From: Gemmatimonadota bacterium
Lineage (GTDB): Bacteria > Gemmatimonadota > Gemmatimonadetes > Palauibacterales > KS3-K002
Assembly (NCBI GenBank): GCA_039586795.1
Contig: JBDHJS010000012.1
Coordinates: forward strand, 1-64,000
Direction: 5' to 3'
Length of the DNA: 64,000 nt
The position numbers and the translations under genes are program-made. Every line of letters starts with the position of its first letter. Within the stretch, counting starts at the first letter, position 1. Shown one piece after another: positions 1-8,949 of this stretch. Under the pieces are notes generated by a model that searched no databases, was not told where the DNA came from, and was given only the letters and a program-made list of their open reading frames with translations.

Positions 1-984
1 CCGGGGCATGGTGAGTTCCGCGGTCAGAACCGACCGTCCGGCGCGTTGATCACCTACTCGCTGAACGGCGACGACCTGACGCACCCGAGTGAGGCAACGG
101 CCACGCCGCAGCAGGGCGGGTTTTTCTTCGGCGGTGGCGGCTTCGGGGGCGCTGCGCAGCGGGCCGGTGCCCAACGCCAGCGTGGGCCGCGCGTAGACAT
201 CGAAATCACGGACAGCGATGGTGATGTGATTCGCACGTTCCGCGGGACGACCAACCTTGGCGTCAACCGCGTCACCTGGAATCTTCGCCACGATGGCTTC
301 CGGCGGCCGGGCGGCCAGCAGCAGGGTGGCTTCCGTCCGAGTGGACCGGAAGCGCTGCCGGGTACCTACGGCATCACTGTGAAGTACGGCGACAACGAGG
401 CTACGGGCTCGGTCACCGTGGTTCCCGACCCCCGCTATGACATCCGGATGGCCGATCGTCAGGAGAAGCTCGACGCGATCATGTACGTCGGGGCGTTGGG
501 TGAGGTCCTGACCGACGCGATCGACCGTATCAACGCGACCCAGGGCGAGATCGACCAGGTCCTGCGGTTGGCCCGGGAATCAGCGCCGGCAACTGATGCG
601 ACGAACGGCGGAAGCAATGGCGGGCAGCAGAGGGCCATGGGTGGTAACCGGGAGCTGATGCAGGCGGGTCGCCAGCTGAAGGGTAAGCTGACCGAGGTCG
701 AGAAGATGTTCTGGACGCCGCAGGGGACGTACAAAGGCATCCGGCGCGAGATCACGGCATCGACGGTGCTGGGGTACGTAGGCGGATCGCTGGGGTCGTC
801 GTGGGATGCGCCGACCCAGGCACAGACCATCTATATGACTCATGCGGAGACGATGCTGCAGGAGGCGGTGGGTGCGCTGAACGCGGTCTTCGCGGAGGAT
901 GTGGCGGCGTTCAGGACGATGGCGGCGGATGTCGAGGCGAAGTTCCTCGAGCCGGTAGAACCGCTTTCGCTGCCGCAGCGGTAG
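1..984 (+). CDS. C-terminal part of a BNR/Asp-box (VPS10/sortilin-like) glycosyl hydrolase-family protein; 5' end lies outside the window
   Basis: Frame 1 is open from base 1 (PGHGEFRGQNRPSGALITYSLNGDD) and aligns by eye with the C-terminus of 4121..7441 (PGNGEYRGDNRFGGAMITFSVNGDD ... GPEVLPGTY.VTLKYGDNE ... SSWD.PT ... FAEDVAAFR). Confidence 0.85.
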   Translation, partial: PGHGEFRGQNRPSGALITYSLNGDDLTHPSEATATPQQGGFFFGGGGFGGAAQRAGAQRQRGPRVDIEITDSDGDVIRTFRGTTNLGVNRVTWNLRHDGFRRPGGQQQGGFRPSGPEALPGTYGITVKYGDNEATGSVTVVPDPRYDIRMADRQEKLDAIMYVGALGEVLTDAIDRINATQGEIDQVLRLARESAPATDATNGGSNGGQQRAMGGNRELMQAGRQLKGKLTEVEKMFWTPQGTYKGIRREITASTVLGYVGGSLGSSWDAPTQAQTIYMTHAETMLQEAVGALNAVFAEDVAAFRTMAADVEAKFLEPVEPLSLPQR

Positions 985-1003
985 AGGAAACAGCTTCGCT
1001 GTT

Positions 1004-1057
1004 ACTATTTTCGACAGCGGACAGCCGACAGCCGGCGCTCGACGACCGAGTCCTGTT
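1004..1057 (+). repeat. Dispersed ~54-bp intergenic repeat, copy 1
   Basis: actattttcgacagcggacagccgacagccggcgctcgacgaccgagtcctgtt; near-identical to 3792-3844, 7493-7545 and the inverted copy at 3924-3968. Confidence 0.9.
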
Positions 1058-1066
1058 CGGCTGTCG

Positions 1067-1118
1067 ACGCCCGACTCTCGATGTACGTCGTTCGACGTAG
1101 TCGGGGGTCGGGCGTTTT
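1067..1118 (+). terminator. Long hairpin plus T tract, probable intrinsic terminator
   Basis: acgcccgac...tacgtc-gttc-gacgta...gtcgggcgt followed by ttt, downstream of the stop at 984. Confidence 0.6.
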
Positions 1119-1147
1119 GTATGGACTGACCTTGGGAGGGACGTAGC

Positions 1148-3745
1148 GTGAAGAATACGGCCTTCATGGTTTCAGCTGTTGTGGCGCTCGTCTTGATTGG
1201 ATCCGAGTTGCCCGCTCAGGTGCCTACGCCGGCCTCGGTGCTCGGGTATGAGCTTGGCGAGTGGGTCACTGACTACTACGGGATGGAGCGGTACTTGTCG
1301 GTGTTGGCTGACGCCTCTCCCAGGGTAGTGTTTGGGTCTTATGGGACCGATTACGAGCATCGGGAACTGCGGTACGTGGTGATCTCGAGCCCGGAGAACA
1401 TAGGGAACCTCGATGCGATTCGGTGGTCAGCGGCGCAGCTCGCGGATCCTCGGAGTTTGGATGCGGCAGCCAGCGCGGGATTGATCGACGAGACACCGAT
1501 CATCATCTGGCTGAACTACAGCACCGATGGCAACGAGACGGCGGGGCTCGAGTCGGCGTTGATGATGGCGCACCATCTGGCGGCGTCCGAGGACGCGACG
1601 ACGGGGCGAATCCTCGATGAAGCGGTCATCATCATCACGCCGATCATGAACCCCTCGTCTCACGAGCGCTGGGCCAGTTGGTCCAACTCGTTCGCGGCGC
1701 TGGGCGGCAACGCCGACCCGCGTGCGATGGAGCACAATCCGCCGTGGGCGGTGCTGACCAACCTGAATCACTACCTGGTCGACCTGAACCGGGAGTCGGT
1801 GTGGGGCACGCAGCGCGAGTCGGCGGCGCTCCGGGCGTTCTACTACGAGTGGAATCCCGTGATCTTCGTGGATCACCACGGCGAGTACGACAACTTCACG
1901 GGGCCGGGTTACGAGGAGCCGCTCAATCCTTTCTTCACCGAGGCGCAGCGGAGTTGGCTGACGCGGCTGGGCCATGCGATCGGCGAACGGTTCGGCGAAC
2001 GGGCGTGGTCGTACTGGCCCTGGGAGACGGGCACCTTCTATCCCGGCTACTGGGAATCGATCGGTCTGCTGAACGGCGCCATCAGCTTCACGTACGAAAC
2101 CATCGGAGGTGGCAGCAAGGGTCTCCGCTACCGTCGTGACGATGGCAGCGAGATCACGCTCAAGCTGGCGGCCGAACAACACACCGAGGCGTCGCTCGCC
2201 GTAATTGAGGCCGCGGTAGCTTCTCGTCAGGAATTGCTGCGTGATTTCTCGGACTACTTTCACAGCGCATTGACCCTAGACAGGTCGGTGCCGGAGAAGG
2301 CCTTCGTAATCGAGCCGACCGGAGATCCTGACCGCACGCGGCATCTCCTCGATGTTCTGATCGCTAATCGAATCGAAGTCTTTAAGGCCGACCACGAGTT
2401 CACGATTCGAGACGCGCGCGACTACTTCGGCAACAGTTGGAGCTCGAGGCGCATTCCCGAGGGGAGCTATGTGATTCCGGTCGCGCAACCGCAGGCCCGC
2501 ATGCTGCTGACGCTGATGCGCAACGACCTGCAGCTTCCGGAAGCGACGCGGGTCGAGGCGCAGGAGTTCCGCGATAAGCAAGAAGTCGCCGGCTACTACA
2601 ACCCGAACGTCGGAATGACGACGTATCTCTTCTACGATGTCACGGCGTGGTCGATGCCGCTCACTTACGGCGTTCCAGCGTACTGGACCGGGCGGCCGGT
2701 GAGTATCGAGGCGACGCCGCTCACCGAGGCGGCTCCACGTTCGCCATCATTCCCCAGCACGCCCGGTAGCTATGGTTACCTGATCCCCGGCGGCGAGCTG
2801 GCCGCGATGGCGGCGCTGGTCGATATGCTGCAAAGAGACCTGGTCGTGAACGTCGCCTACTCCGAGTTCACTATCGACGGGCGCACCTACCCGCGGGGTT
2901 CGCTGCTCGTCAGGAACGAGAGGAACCCGGGCGTCGACGTGTTCGCGGTCCTTAGTAGAGTCGCGATGCGGAATCGCGTGGATCTGTTCGCCGTGAATTC
3001 GCCGCACTCAGATTCCGGACCCAGCCTGGGCTCAGACCAGTTCATCTTCGTCGAGCGGCCGCGTATCGCCGTGCTGGGCGGCGATCCTGTTCGCACGACG
3101 TCGTTCGGTGGTCTCTGGTTCAACCTGGAGAGGCTCTACGAACAGAAGTTCACCGCTATCTATAAGGAGGACCTGAATTCCGCGGCGTTGGACGACTACA
3201 CCGTGCTGGTTCTGCCCGACGGGCGGTACAGCGGCCGAACGTTTTCGCCAGCTTTCGTCGAGGCGTTGGAAAGCTGGATCTCTCGGGGCGGCACGTTGAT
3301 CTGCATAAGAGGCGCGGCGAGCTGGGCGGCCGGCCAGGAGGCAATATCATCGGCCAGCATGCGGCCGGCCGAATGGCCGCTAGAAGATGGCCGAGAGACG
3401 GTGGCCGTGCCCGGCGCCATCCTCAGCGCGACGGCGGATCCCCACCACTACCTGACGTTTGGATACAGCGGCTCTACGCCCGTACTGGTCCGGTCGAATT
3501 ATGCCTTCGAGCCGGATCCGGAGCTGGCCGCACCGTTTGCTTTCTCCCAAACGGACGACATCCGCCTCGCCGGCTTTGCTTACGATGACTCGATCGAGCG
3601 TCTTGCGGGGACTCCGTTTGTGATCGTCGAGCGGGTCGGGCGGGGGAAGGTGATACTATTCCTCGAGGATCCGAATTTTAGGGTTTATTGGTTTGGATTG
3701 CATCGGCTGTTTTTGAACGCGGTTGTGCTCGCACCGAGTTTGTAG
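1148..3745 (+). CDS. Secreted M14-family zinc carboxypeptidase-like protein
   Basis: Signal peptide; PTPASVLGYELG N-terminal motif; STDGNE at the HxxE position; NHYLVDLNR; VDHH; FYDVTAWSMPL; C-terminal glutamine-amidotransferase-like domain; GGGAGG RBS before the GTG. Confidence 0.85.
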   Translation: MKNTAFMVSAVVALVLIGSELPAQVPTPASVLGYELGEWVTDYYGMERYLSVLADASPRVVFGSYGTDYEHRELRYVVISSPENIGNLDAIRWSAAQLADPRSLDAAASAGLIDETPIIIWLNYSTDGNETAGLESALMMAHHLAASEDATTGRILDEAVIIITPIMNPSSHERWASWSNSFAALGGNADPRAMEHNPPWAVLTNLNHYLVDLNRESVWGTQRESAALRAFYYEWNPVIFVDHHGEYDNFTGPGYEEPLNPFFTEAQRSWLTRLGHAIGERFGERAWSYWPWETGTFYPGYWESIGLLNGAISFTYETIGGGSKGLRYRRDDGSEITLKLAAEQHTEASLAVIEAAVASRQELLRDFSDYFHSALTLDRSVPEKAFVIEPTGDPDRTRHLLDVLIANRIEVFKADHEFTIRDARDYFGNSWSSRRIPEGSYVIPVAQPQARMLLTLMRNDLQLPEATRVEAQEFRDKQEVAGYYNPNVGMTTYLFYDVTAWSMPLTYGVPAYWTGRPVSIEATPLTEAAPRSPSFPSTPGSYGYLIPGGELAAMAALVDMLQRDLVVNVAYSEFTIDGRTYPRGSLLVRNERNPGVDVFAVLSRVAMRNRVDLFAVNSPHSDSGPSLGSDQFIFVERPRIAVLGGDPVRTTSFGGLWFNLERLYEQKFTAIYKEDLNSAALDDYTVLVLPDGRYSGRTFSPAFVEALESWISRGGTLICIRGAASWAAGQEAISSASMRPAEWPLEDGRETVAVPGAILSATADPHHYLTFGYSGSTPVLVRSNYAFEPDPELAAPFAFSQTDDIRLAGFAYDDSIERLAGTPFVIVERVGRGKVILFLEDPNFRVYWFGLHRLFLNAVVLAPSL

Positions 3746-3792
3746 GCGACTCTCGACGGCCGACGGTCGAGGCTCGTCGTTCGATGATCGGA

Positions 3793-3968
3793 CTATTTCG
3801 ACAGCCGACAGCCTACAGCCGCCGCTCGACGACCGAGTCCTGTTGGGCGACCGACGCTCGACGACCGACTCACATATAGCGACGGTCGCACGACGAACAT
3901 CGGGCGTCGATCGCCGAATTGTCCTCGGTCGTCGAGCGGCGGCTGTCCGCTGTCGGCTGTCGAAATAG
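3793..3968. repeat. ~176-bp palindromic (MITE/REP-like) element with 45-bp inverted ends
   Basis: 3793-3837 ctatttcgacagccgacagcctacagccgccgctcgacgaccgag versus the reverse complement of 3924-3968 (2 mismatches); the inner arms ggcgaccgacgctcga / tcgggcgtcgatcgcc also pair. Confidence 0.85.
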
Positions 3969-4120
3969 ACAACGACCGATGTCCGTCGATTGTCGGCTGT
4001 CGAACGTCGACTGTCTCGTTCCCCAATTCCGATTCCCTCGCTGGCCGTTAATCACCCCATGCTGTAACTTGTTCGCGCCCCGAACATAGAATCATTCCCC
4101 TAAAGCGTTGGAGGAATCTC

Positions 4121-7100
4121 ATGCTCCGTCGTCTCGTTTCTGTGGGTATGGCCACGACTGTACTGGCCGTGATGGTCGTGCCGCTCCACGCCCAGATCGA
4201 TCCCGATCTGCTCGCCGGAATGGAGGCGCGCTCGATCGGCCCGGCCGGCATGAGCGGCCGGATCGGCGACATCAGGGCCGTGGAATCGAATCCCGACATC
4301 ATCTATGTCGGTGCCGCCACGGGCGGTCTTTGGAAGTCGGTGAACGGGGGTCTCAACTTCGAGCCGATCTTCGATGACCAGCCGGTCGCTGCCATCGGCG
4401 CCATCGCCATCTACCAGGCCAGCCCGGACATCGTTTGGGTAGGCACGGGCGAAGGCAACACACGAAACAGCGTGTCGGTGGGCAACGGCATCTACAAGTC
4501 GATGGACGGCGGACGCACATGGACGCATCTCGGGTTGGATAAGACCGAGCGCATCCATCGGATCTATCTAGATCCCAACAACCCGGACATCGCCTACGTG
4601 GCGGCGATGGGCACGCTGTGGGGCGAGAACCCGGAGCGCGGCGTTTACAAGACGGTGGACGGCGGCGCCACATGGCAGAAGATCCTCTATGTCGACGAGC
4701 GGACAGGCGTCGCCGACATGGAGATGGATCCCACCAACCCGAACAAGCTGATCGTGGCGATGTGGGACTATCGGCGCTGGCCCTGGTTCTTCCGGTCAGG
4801 CGGCCCGGGCTCCGGCCTCTACATGACCGTCGATGGTGGGCGGAACTGGAAGAAGCTGACTCCGGAGGACGGAATTCCCGAGGGCGACCTGGGGCGTACC
4901 GGGCTGGCCATCGCGCCGTCCGATCCGAACATCGTCTACGCTTTAATCGAGGCGAAAGAGAACGCGCTGTACAAATCGACGGACGGTGGCTACACGTGGC
5001 GGAAGACGGCCAACGAGGGCAACGTCGGTAACCGCCCGTTCTACTACGCCGACATCCGGGTCGATCCGAAGGACCCGAACCGGGTCTATAGTCTGCACTC
5101 CACCGTCACCGTCTCGAACGATGGCGGCGACAGTTTCGAAACTCTGGCCGGCTGGATAATCCATCCGGACCATCACGCCATGTGGATCAACCCCAACGAT
5201 CCCAACCATATCATCGATGGCAACGACGGCGGCGTCTACATCAGCCGCGACCGTGGCGCGACGTGGCGCTTTGTGACGAATCTGCCGCTGGCCCAGTTCT
5301 ACCACATCAACGTGGACATGGAGACGCCGTACAACGTGCTGGGCGGCCTGCAGGACAACGGTTCGTGGCGCGGCCCGGCCTACGTCTGGGAGAACGGCGG
5401 TATTCGCAACCTGCATTGGGACGAGGTCGGCTTCGGCGATGGCTTCGCCACGCTGGCCATCCCCGGCGATCCACACTCGGGCTACGCCATGAGTCAGGGT
5501 GGAAACCTGAGCCGTTGGAACAACTGGACGGGCGAGCGGAAGAGCATCCGCCCCGTGCATCCGGATGATGTGTTCTTGCGCTTCAACTGGAACGCCGGGA
5601 TCGCCATCGACCCGTTCGATGGCAACACGGTCTACTACGGCAGTCAGTTCGTGCACAAGTCGACGGACCGGGGTGACACGTGGGAGATCATCAGCCCGGA
5701 CCTGACGACGAACAACCCGGAGTGGCAGAAACAGGATGAGAGCGGTGGCCTGACCTATGACGTGACCGGCGCCGAGAACTTCACGACGATCATGACCATC
5801 GCGCCCAGCGCCATCGAGCGTGGCGTGATCTGGGTCGGCACCGACGACGGACGGGTGCACGTGACGCAGGACGGCGGCGCGACGTGGGAGAGCATCGAAG
5901 AGCGGGCGCGCGGCGTCCCCGACAACACCTGGGTGCCGCACATCGAGCCGTCGAAGTTCGATCCGGCGGTGGCGTATGTAGTGTTCGACAACCATCGGCG
6001 CGCCGACTGGACGCCCTATGTCTTCAAGGTCACGAACTACGGTCGCAACTGGGAGAGCATCGCCACCGACGATCTGTGGGGCTACGCTCTGGCCATCGAG
6101 CAGGATCCGGTGAAAGAAGATCTGCTGTTTTTGGGCACCGAGTTCGGGCTCTACTTCTCGCAGAACGGCGGAGAACAGTGGTACAAGTGGGCGCACGGCT
6201 TCCCGACGGTGTCAGCGATGGCGCTGGTCGTCCATCCCCGTGAGCACGATCTGGTGATCGGCACGCACGGCCGGGCGGTTTACGTCATCGACAACATCGC
6301 GCCGTTGCGCACCATGTCGGCGGAGACGATGGCCGAGGCGATCCACCTGTTCGACATCCCCGACGCGATCCAGTTCCGGATGAAGCAGACTCCCGCCTCC
6401 CGCTTCCCGGGCAACGGCGAGTATCGTGGGGATAACCGGTTTGGCGGAGCGATGATCACGTTCTCTGTGAACGGCGATGATCTGCCGCATCCGGACGATG
6501 AGATCGAGCGTCAGCGTAAGGCGGCGCGGCGCGAAGCGGGTGAAGAACCGGAGGCCGAGGAGCGGCCCGGCGGCCCGCCAGGACCGGGTGGCTTCGGCGG
6601 TCCGGGTCGCGGCGGGCCGCAGGTCGAAGTGGAGATCACGGATGCTGACGGCAACGTCGTGAACAGCTTCGAGCGGCCCATCGAACTGGGCGTGAATCGC
6701 ATCTTCTGGCCGCTGCGGCACGATGGGTTCGAGCGGCCCCGGGCCGGACGTGGGCCGCAGGGAGGAGGCGGTGGATTCTTTGGCGGCGGCGGCTTCGGAC
6801 CCGAAGTGCTGCCGGGCACCTATACGGTCACGCTGAAGTACGGCGACAACGAGGTGAGCGGGACGGTGAACGTGTTGCAGGACCCGCGCTACCCGAACGT
6901 CACTCTGGCCGAGCGGCAGCAGAAGTTCGACGCGCTCATGCATGCCGGTGCGGTGCAGGAGACGCTGGCGGAAGCGGTCTCGCGTATTCGCACGACCCGT
7001 GACGAGATCGATCGTGTCCTCGGCATGGTCAAGAAGGAAGAGGCGACGACCGATGACGAGACGGCGGGCCCGACCAACGGCCAGCAGCGCGGTCGCCAGG

Positions 7101-7441
7101 GTGGCGGCGAGCTGGCGCAGGATGGCCGTAGCCTGAAGCAGAAGCTCACCGAGTTGGAGGAGTGGCTTTGGGAGGTGCCGGGCACGGGTAAAGGCATAAC
7201 CGCCGACACGACGGTTTACACTCGTGTGCGTGGTGCCTATTTCTCGATGAGCTCGTCATGGGACGTGCCCACGCAGGGCGAGCAATGGTATCTTGCGCAG
7301 GCGGAGGCTCGGGTGGATGAGGCGGTTGTTAGGCTGAACGCGATATTTGCGGAAGACGTGGCGGCGTTCAGGGCGAAGGTTGAAGAGGCGGGGTTTGCGT
7401 TCCTCGAAGAGAAGGAGCCGTTGACGTTGCCTGAACGGTAG
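4121..7441 (+). CDS. Secreted BNR/Asp-box repeat (VPS10/sortilin-like) glycosyl hydrolase-family protein
   Basis: Signal peptide; RSIGPAGMSGRI; many S/TxDGGxTW Asp-boxes; FNWNAGIAIDP; GTHGR; GGAGG RBS. Confidence 0.85.
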   Translation: MLRRLVSVGMATTVLAVMVVPLHAQIDPDLLAGMEARSIGPAGMSGRIGDIRAVESNPDIIYVGAATGGLWKSVNGGLNFEPIFDDQPVAAIGAIAIYQASPDIVWVGTGEGNTRNSVSVGNGIYKSMDGGRTWTHLGLDKTERIHRIYLDPNNPDIAYVAAMGTLWGENPERGVYKTVDGGATWQKILYVDERTGVADMEMDPTNPNKLIVAMWDYRRWPWFFRSGGPGSGLYMTVDGGRNWKKLTPEDGIPEGDLGRTGLAIAPSDPNIVYALIEAKENALYKSTDGGYTWRKTANEGNVGNRPFYYADIRVDPKDPNRVYSLHSTVTVSNDGGDSFETLAGWIIHPDHHAMWINPNDPNHIIDGNDGGVYISRDRGATWRFVTNLPLAQFYHINVDMETPYNVLGGLQDNGSWRGPAYVWENGGIRNLHWDEVGFGDGFATLAIPGDPHSGYAMSQGGNLSRWNNWTGERKSIRPVHPDDVFLRFNWNAGIAIDPFDGNTVYYGSQFVHKSTDRGDTWEIISPDLTTNNPEWQKQDESGGLTYDVTGAENFTTIMTIAPSAIERGVIWVGTDDGRVHVTQDGGATWESIEERARGVPDNTWVPHIEPSKFDPAVAYVVFDNHRRADWTPYVFKVTNYGRNWESIATDDLWGYALAIEQDPVKEDLLFLGTEFGLYFSQNGGEQWYKWAHGFPTVSAMALVVHPREHDLVIGTHGRAVYVIDNIAPLRTMSAETMAEAIHLFDIPDAIQFRMKQTPASRFPGNGEYRGDNRFGGAMITFSVNGDDLPHPDDEIERQRKAARREAGEEPEAEERPGGPPGPGGFGGPGRGGPQVEVEITDADGNVVNSFERPIELGVNRIFWPLRHDGFERPRAGRGPQGGGGGFFGGGGFGPEVLPGTYTVTLKYGDNEVSGTVNVLQDPRYPNVTLAERQQKFDALMHAGAVQETLAEAVSRIRTTRDEIDRVLGMVKKEEATTDDETAGPTNGQQRGRQGGGELAQDGRSLKQKLTELEEWLWEVPGTGKGITADTTVYTRVRGAYFSMSSSWDVPTQGEQWYLAQAEARVDEAVVRLNAIFAEDVAAFRAKVEEAGFAFLEEKEPLTLPER

Positions 7442-7492
7442 GTAGATCGACGGGCGACGGCCGGCAACCGACGGCCGTCGTTCGACGCAGGG

Positions 7493-7594
7493 ACTATCTC
7501 GACAGCGGACAGCCGACAGCCGTCGCTCGACGGTCGAGTCCTGTTCGACGGTCGACGTGCAACGCCCGACGTTCGTTGAACGACGTCGGGCGTT
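7493..7594 (+). repeat. Dispersed repeat copy plus a 12-bp hairpin (probable terminator between convergent genes)
   Basis: actatctcgacagcggacagccgacagccgtcgctcgacggtcgagtcctgtt, then aacgcccgacgt/acgtcgggcgtt (7561-7594); same layout as 1004-1118. Confidence 0.85.
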
Positions 7595-7620
7595 GTGTGT
7601 TCGTACCTGAGGTTGATTGC

Positions 7621-8124
7621 CTAATTGGCGCCGGAGCCTACTGTGAACAAAATGCCGGCGGTTAGGACGAATTGTTTTCCGCCGCCCCACTCGTAGCGGG
7701 CTTCGCCGTAGGGGCTGACGGCGCCGGTCACCACCTTCAGTCCGGCGATCAGGTTGGCACCGGCCTTTGTGGTTGACGTGGTTGAGCCGGAGACCGTCTG
7801 CGATAGGCGGGCGATGTTCATCCCGAGCCCGGCGTAGGGGAGGAACATCTCGTGTCTGATCGCGATGTTGTACAGGAGGTTCAGGTTGACCTCCCAATAC
7901 GACCGGTCATCGGCATTCCCCTCGTCGGGGAAGAATAGATCGAACGCGCCGACGAACTCGATCGCCTGGTCAACCCATGGAGAGCGTCCGGTGATCCGGC
8001 CGCCGAAGCCGAGATCGAATTCGTCTCCCCAGCTGACCTGGGCGCCGATGTTGACCTGACTGAAAAGCGAGCCGGGCGCGGTGACCGATGCCAGCAGCGC
8101 GACGGCGAGCAGCAGCTTCCTCAT
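7621..8124 (-). CDS. Outer-membrane beta-barrel protein (OmpA/porin-like, small)
   Basis: Start moved to MRKLLLAVA (AGGAGG RBS); signal peptide; alternating amphipathic strands; PYAGLG motif. Confidence 0.75.
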   Translation of the reverse strand: MRKLLLAVALLASVTAPGSLFSQVNIGAQVSWGDEFDLGFGGRITGRSPWVDQAIEFVGAFDLFFPDEGNADDRSYWEVNLNLLYNIAIRHEMFLPYAGLGMNIARLSQTVSGSTTSTTKAGANLIAGLKVVTGAVSPYGEARYEWGGGKQFVLTAGILFTVGSGAN

Positions 8125-8202
8125 GAATCCTCCTTGAGCCCAATCGGGCGGCAAAATGGCGCGGTCAGGTAGCCGGGTCAATACGGGGGAGGGGAGAAAC
8201 CC

Positions 8203-8247
8203 TTGACAGGTAGTGGTGATGGCAATATAGTTGGCAGTAGCAACTAT
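8203..8247 (+). promoter_or_regulatory. sigma70 promoter overlapped by a palindromic operator
   Basis: TTGACA(8203)-17 bp-TATAGT(8226); ATAGTTG-N7-CAACTAT (8227-8247) covers the -10 and +1. Confidence 0.75.
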
Positions 8248-8262
8248 TAGGGGAACGGCCTT

Positions 8263-8784
8263 ATGACTCCAGAAACCACACCGACACAGCCTACACGGCG
8301 AGCTCCAGGAGCGGGCGGATTGGACGACGACGCGGTCCAGCTCCACCGCGTTCTACTGGAGCTCAAGCGGGCCTACCAGTTCCGTGACCGTGAGTGCATC
8401 TGCTGCTACGACATCTCCGTGACCCAGTGCTGGGCGTTGGAAGCGCTGATACGGCGAGCCGGGCTGACGCTGAACGAGCTGGCGGCCGAGCTCTACCTGG
8501 AGAAGAGCACGGCAAGCCGGGTGGTGAGCGCGTTGGAGCGGAAGGGTTATGTCGAGCGGGCCCGACATCCGGAAGACGGGCGGGCCATCGTGCTGACCGC
8601 CAGCGCGGCGGGGAAGCGACTGTACTCGCGAATCGAGGAAGAGCTGCTGTCCCAGGAACGACGATTGTTGGCGGAGTTCGATCCGGAGGTCAGGCGATCA
8701 TTGATCCGGCTGCTGGGAAGACTGACGGACGCGGCCAACTCCGGTCTTGTAGCGGAGGGGGGAAAATGCTGTACCGTGACCTAG
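8263..8784 (+). CDS. MarR-family regulator, Cys-rich arsenic-associated type
   Basis: wHTH (LTLNELAAELYLEKSTASRVVSALERKGYV ... DGRA); CICC-x7-C and a C-terminal CC; directly upstream of arsM. Confidence 0.85.
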   Translation: MTPETTPTQPTRRAPGAGGLDDDAVQLHRVLLELKRAYQFRDRECICCYDISVTQCWALEALIRRAGLTLNELAAELYLEKSTASRVVSALERKGYVERARHPEDGRAIVLTASAAGKRLYSRIEEELLSQERRLLAEFDPEVRRSLIRLLGRLTDAANSGLVAEGGKCCTVT

Positions 8785-8949
8785 ATCCGATCCACGCGAC
8801 GTGTGGCGCCACTGACGGATGCAGTGCGGGCGCAGAGCACTCGCGAAGTTCGAGCAGGGTTCTGCAACTGTTCAAGAAGCTGTGTTGCACGGTATTCACC
8901 TATCGCTATCACTTCTTCAAGGAGTGGTACCGTACGCGGAGGATTTGAG

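Noticed and set aside
4943..6196. 417-aa antisense ORF, and similar ones at 59662..61179, 12367..13260 and 30983..31885
   Set aside because: They lie opposite well-supported genes and are typical high-GC shadow frames with no recognisable motifs.
1004..7594. Repeats interpreted as a CRISPR array
   Set aside because: The copies are kilobases apart, one is inverted, there are no regular spacers and no cas genes.
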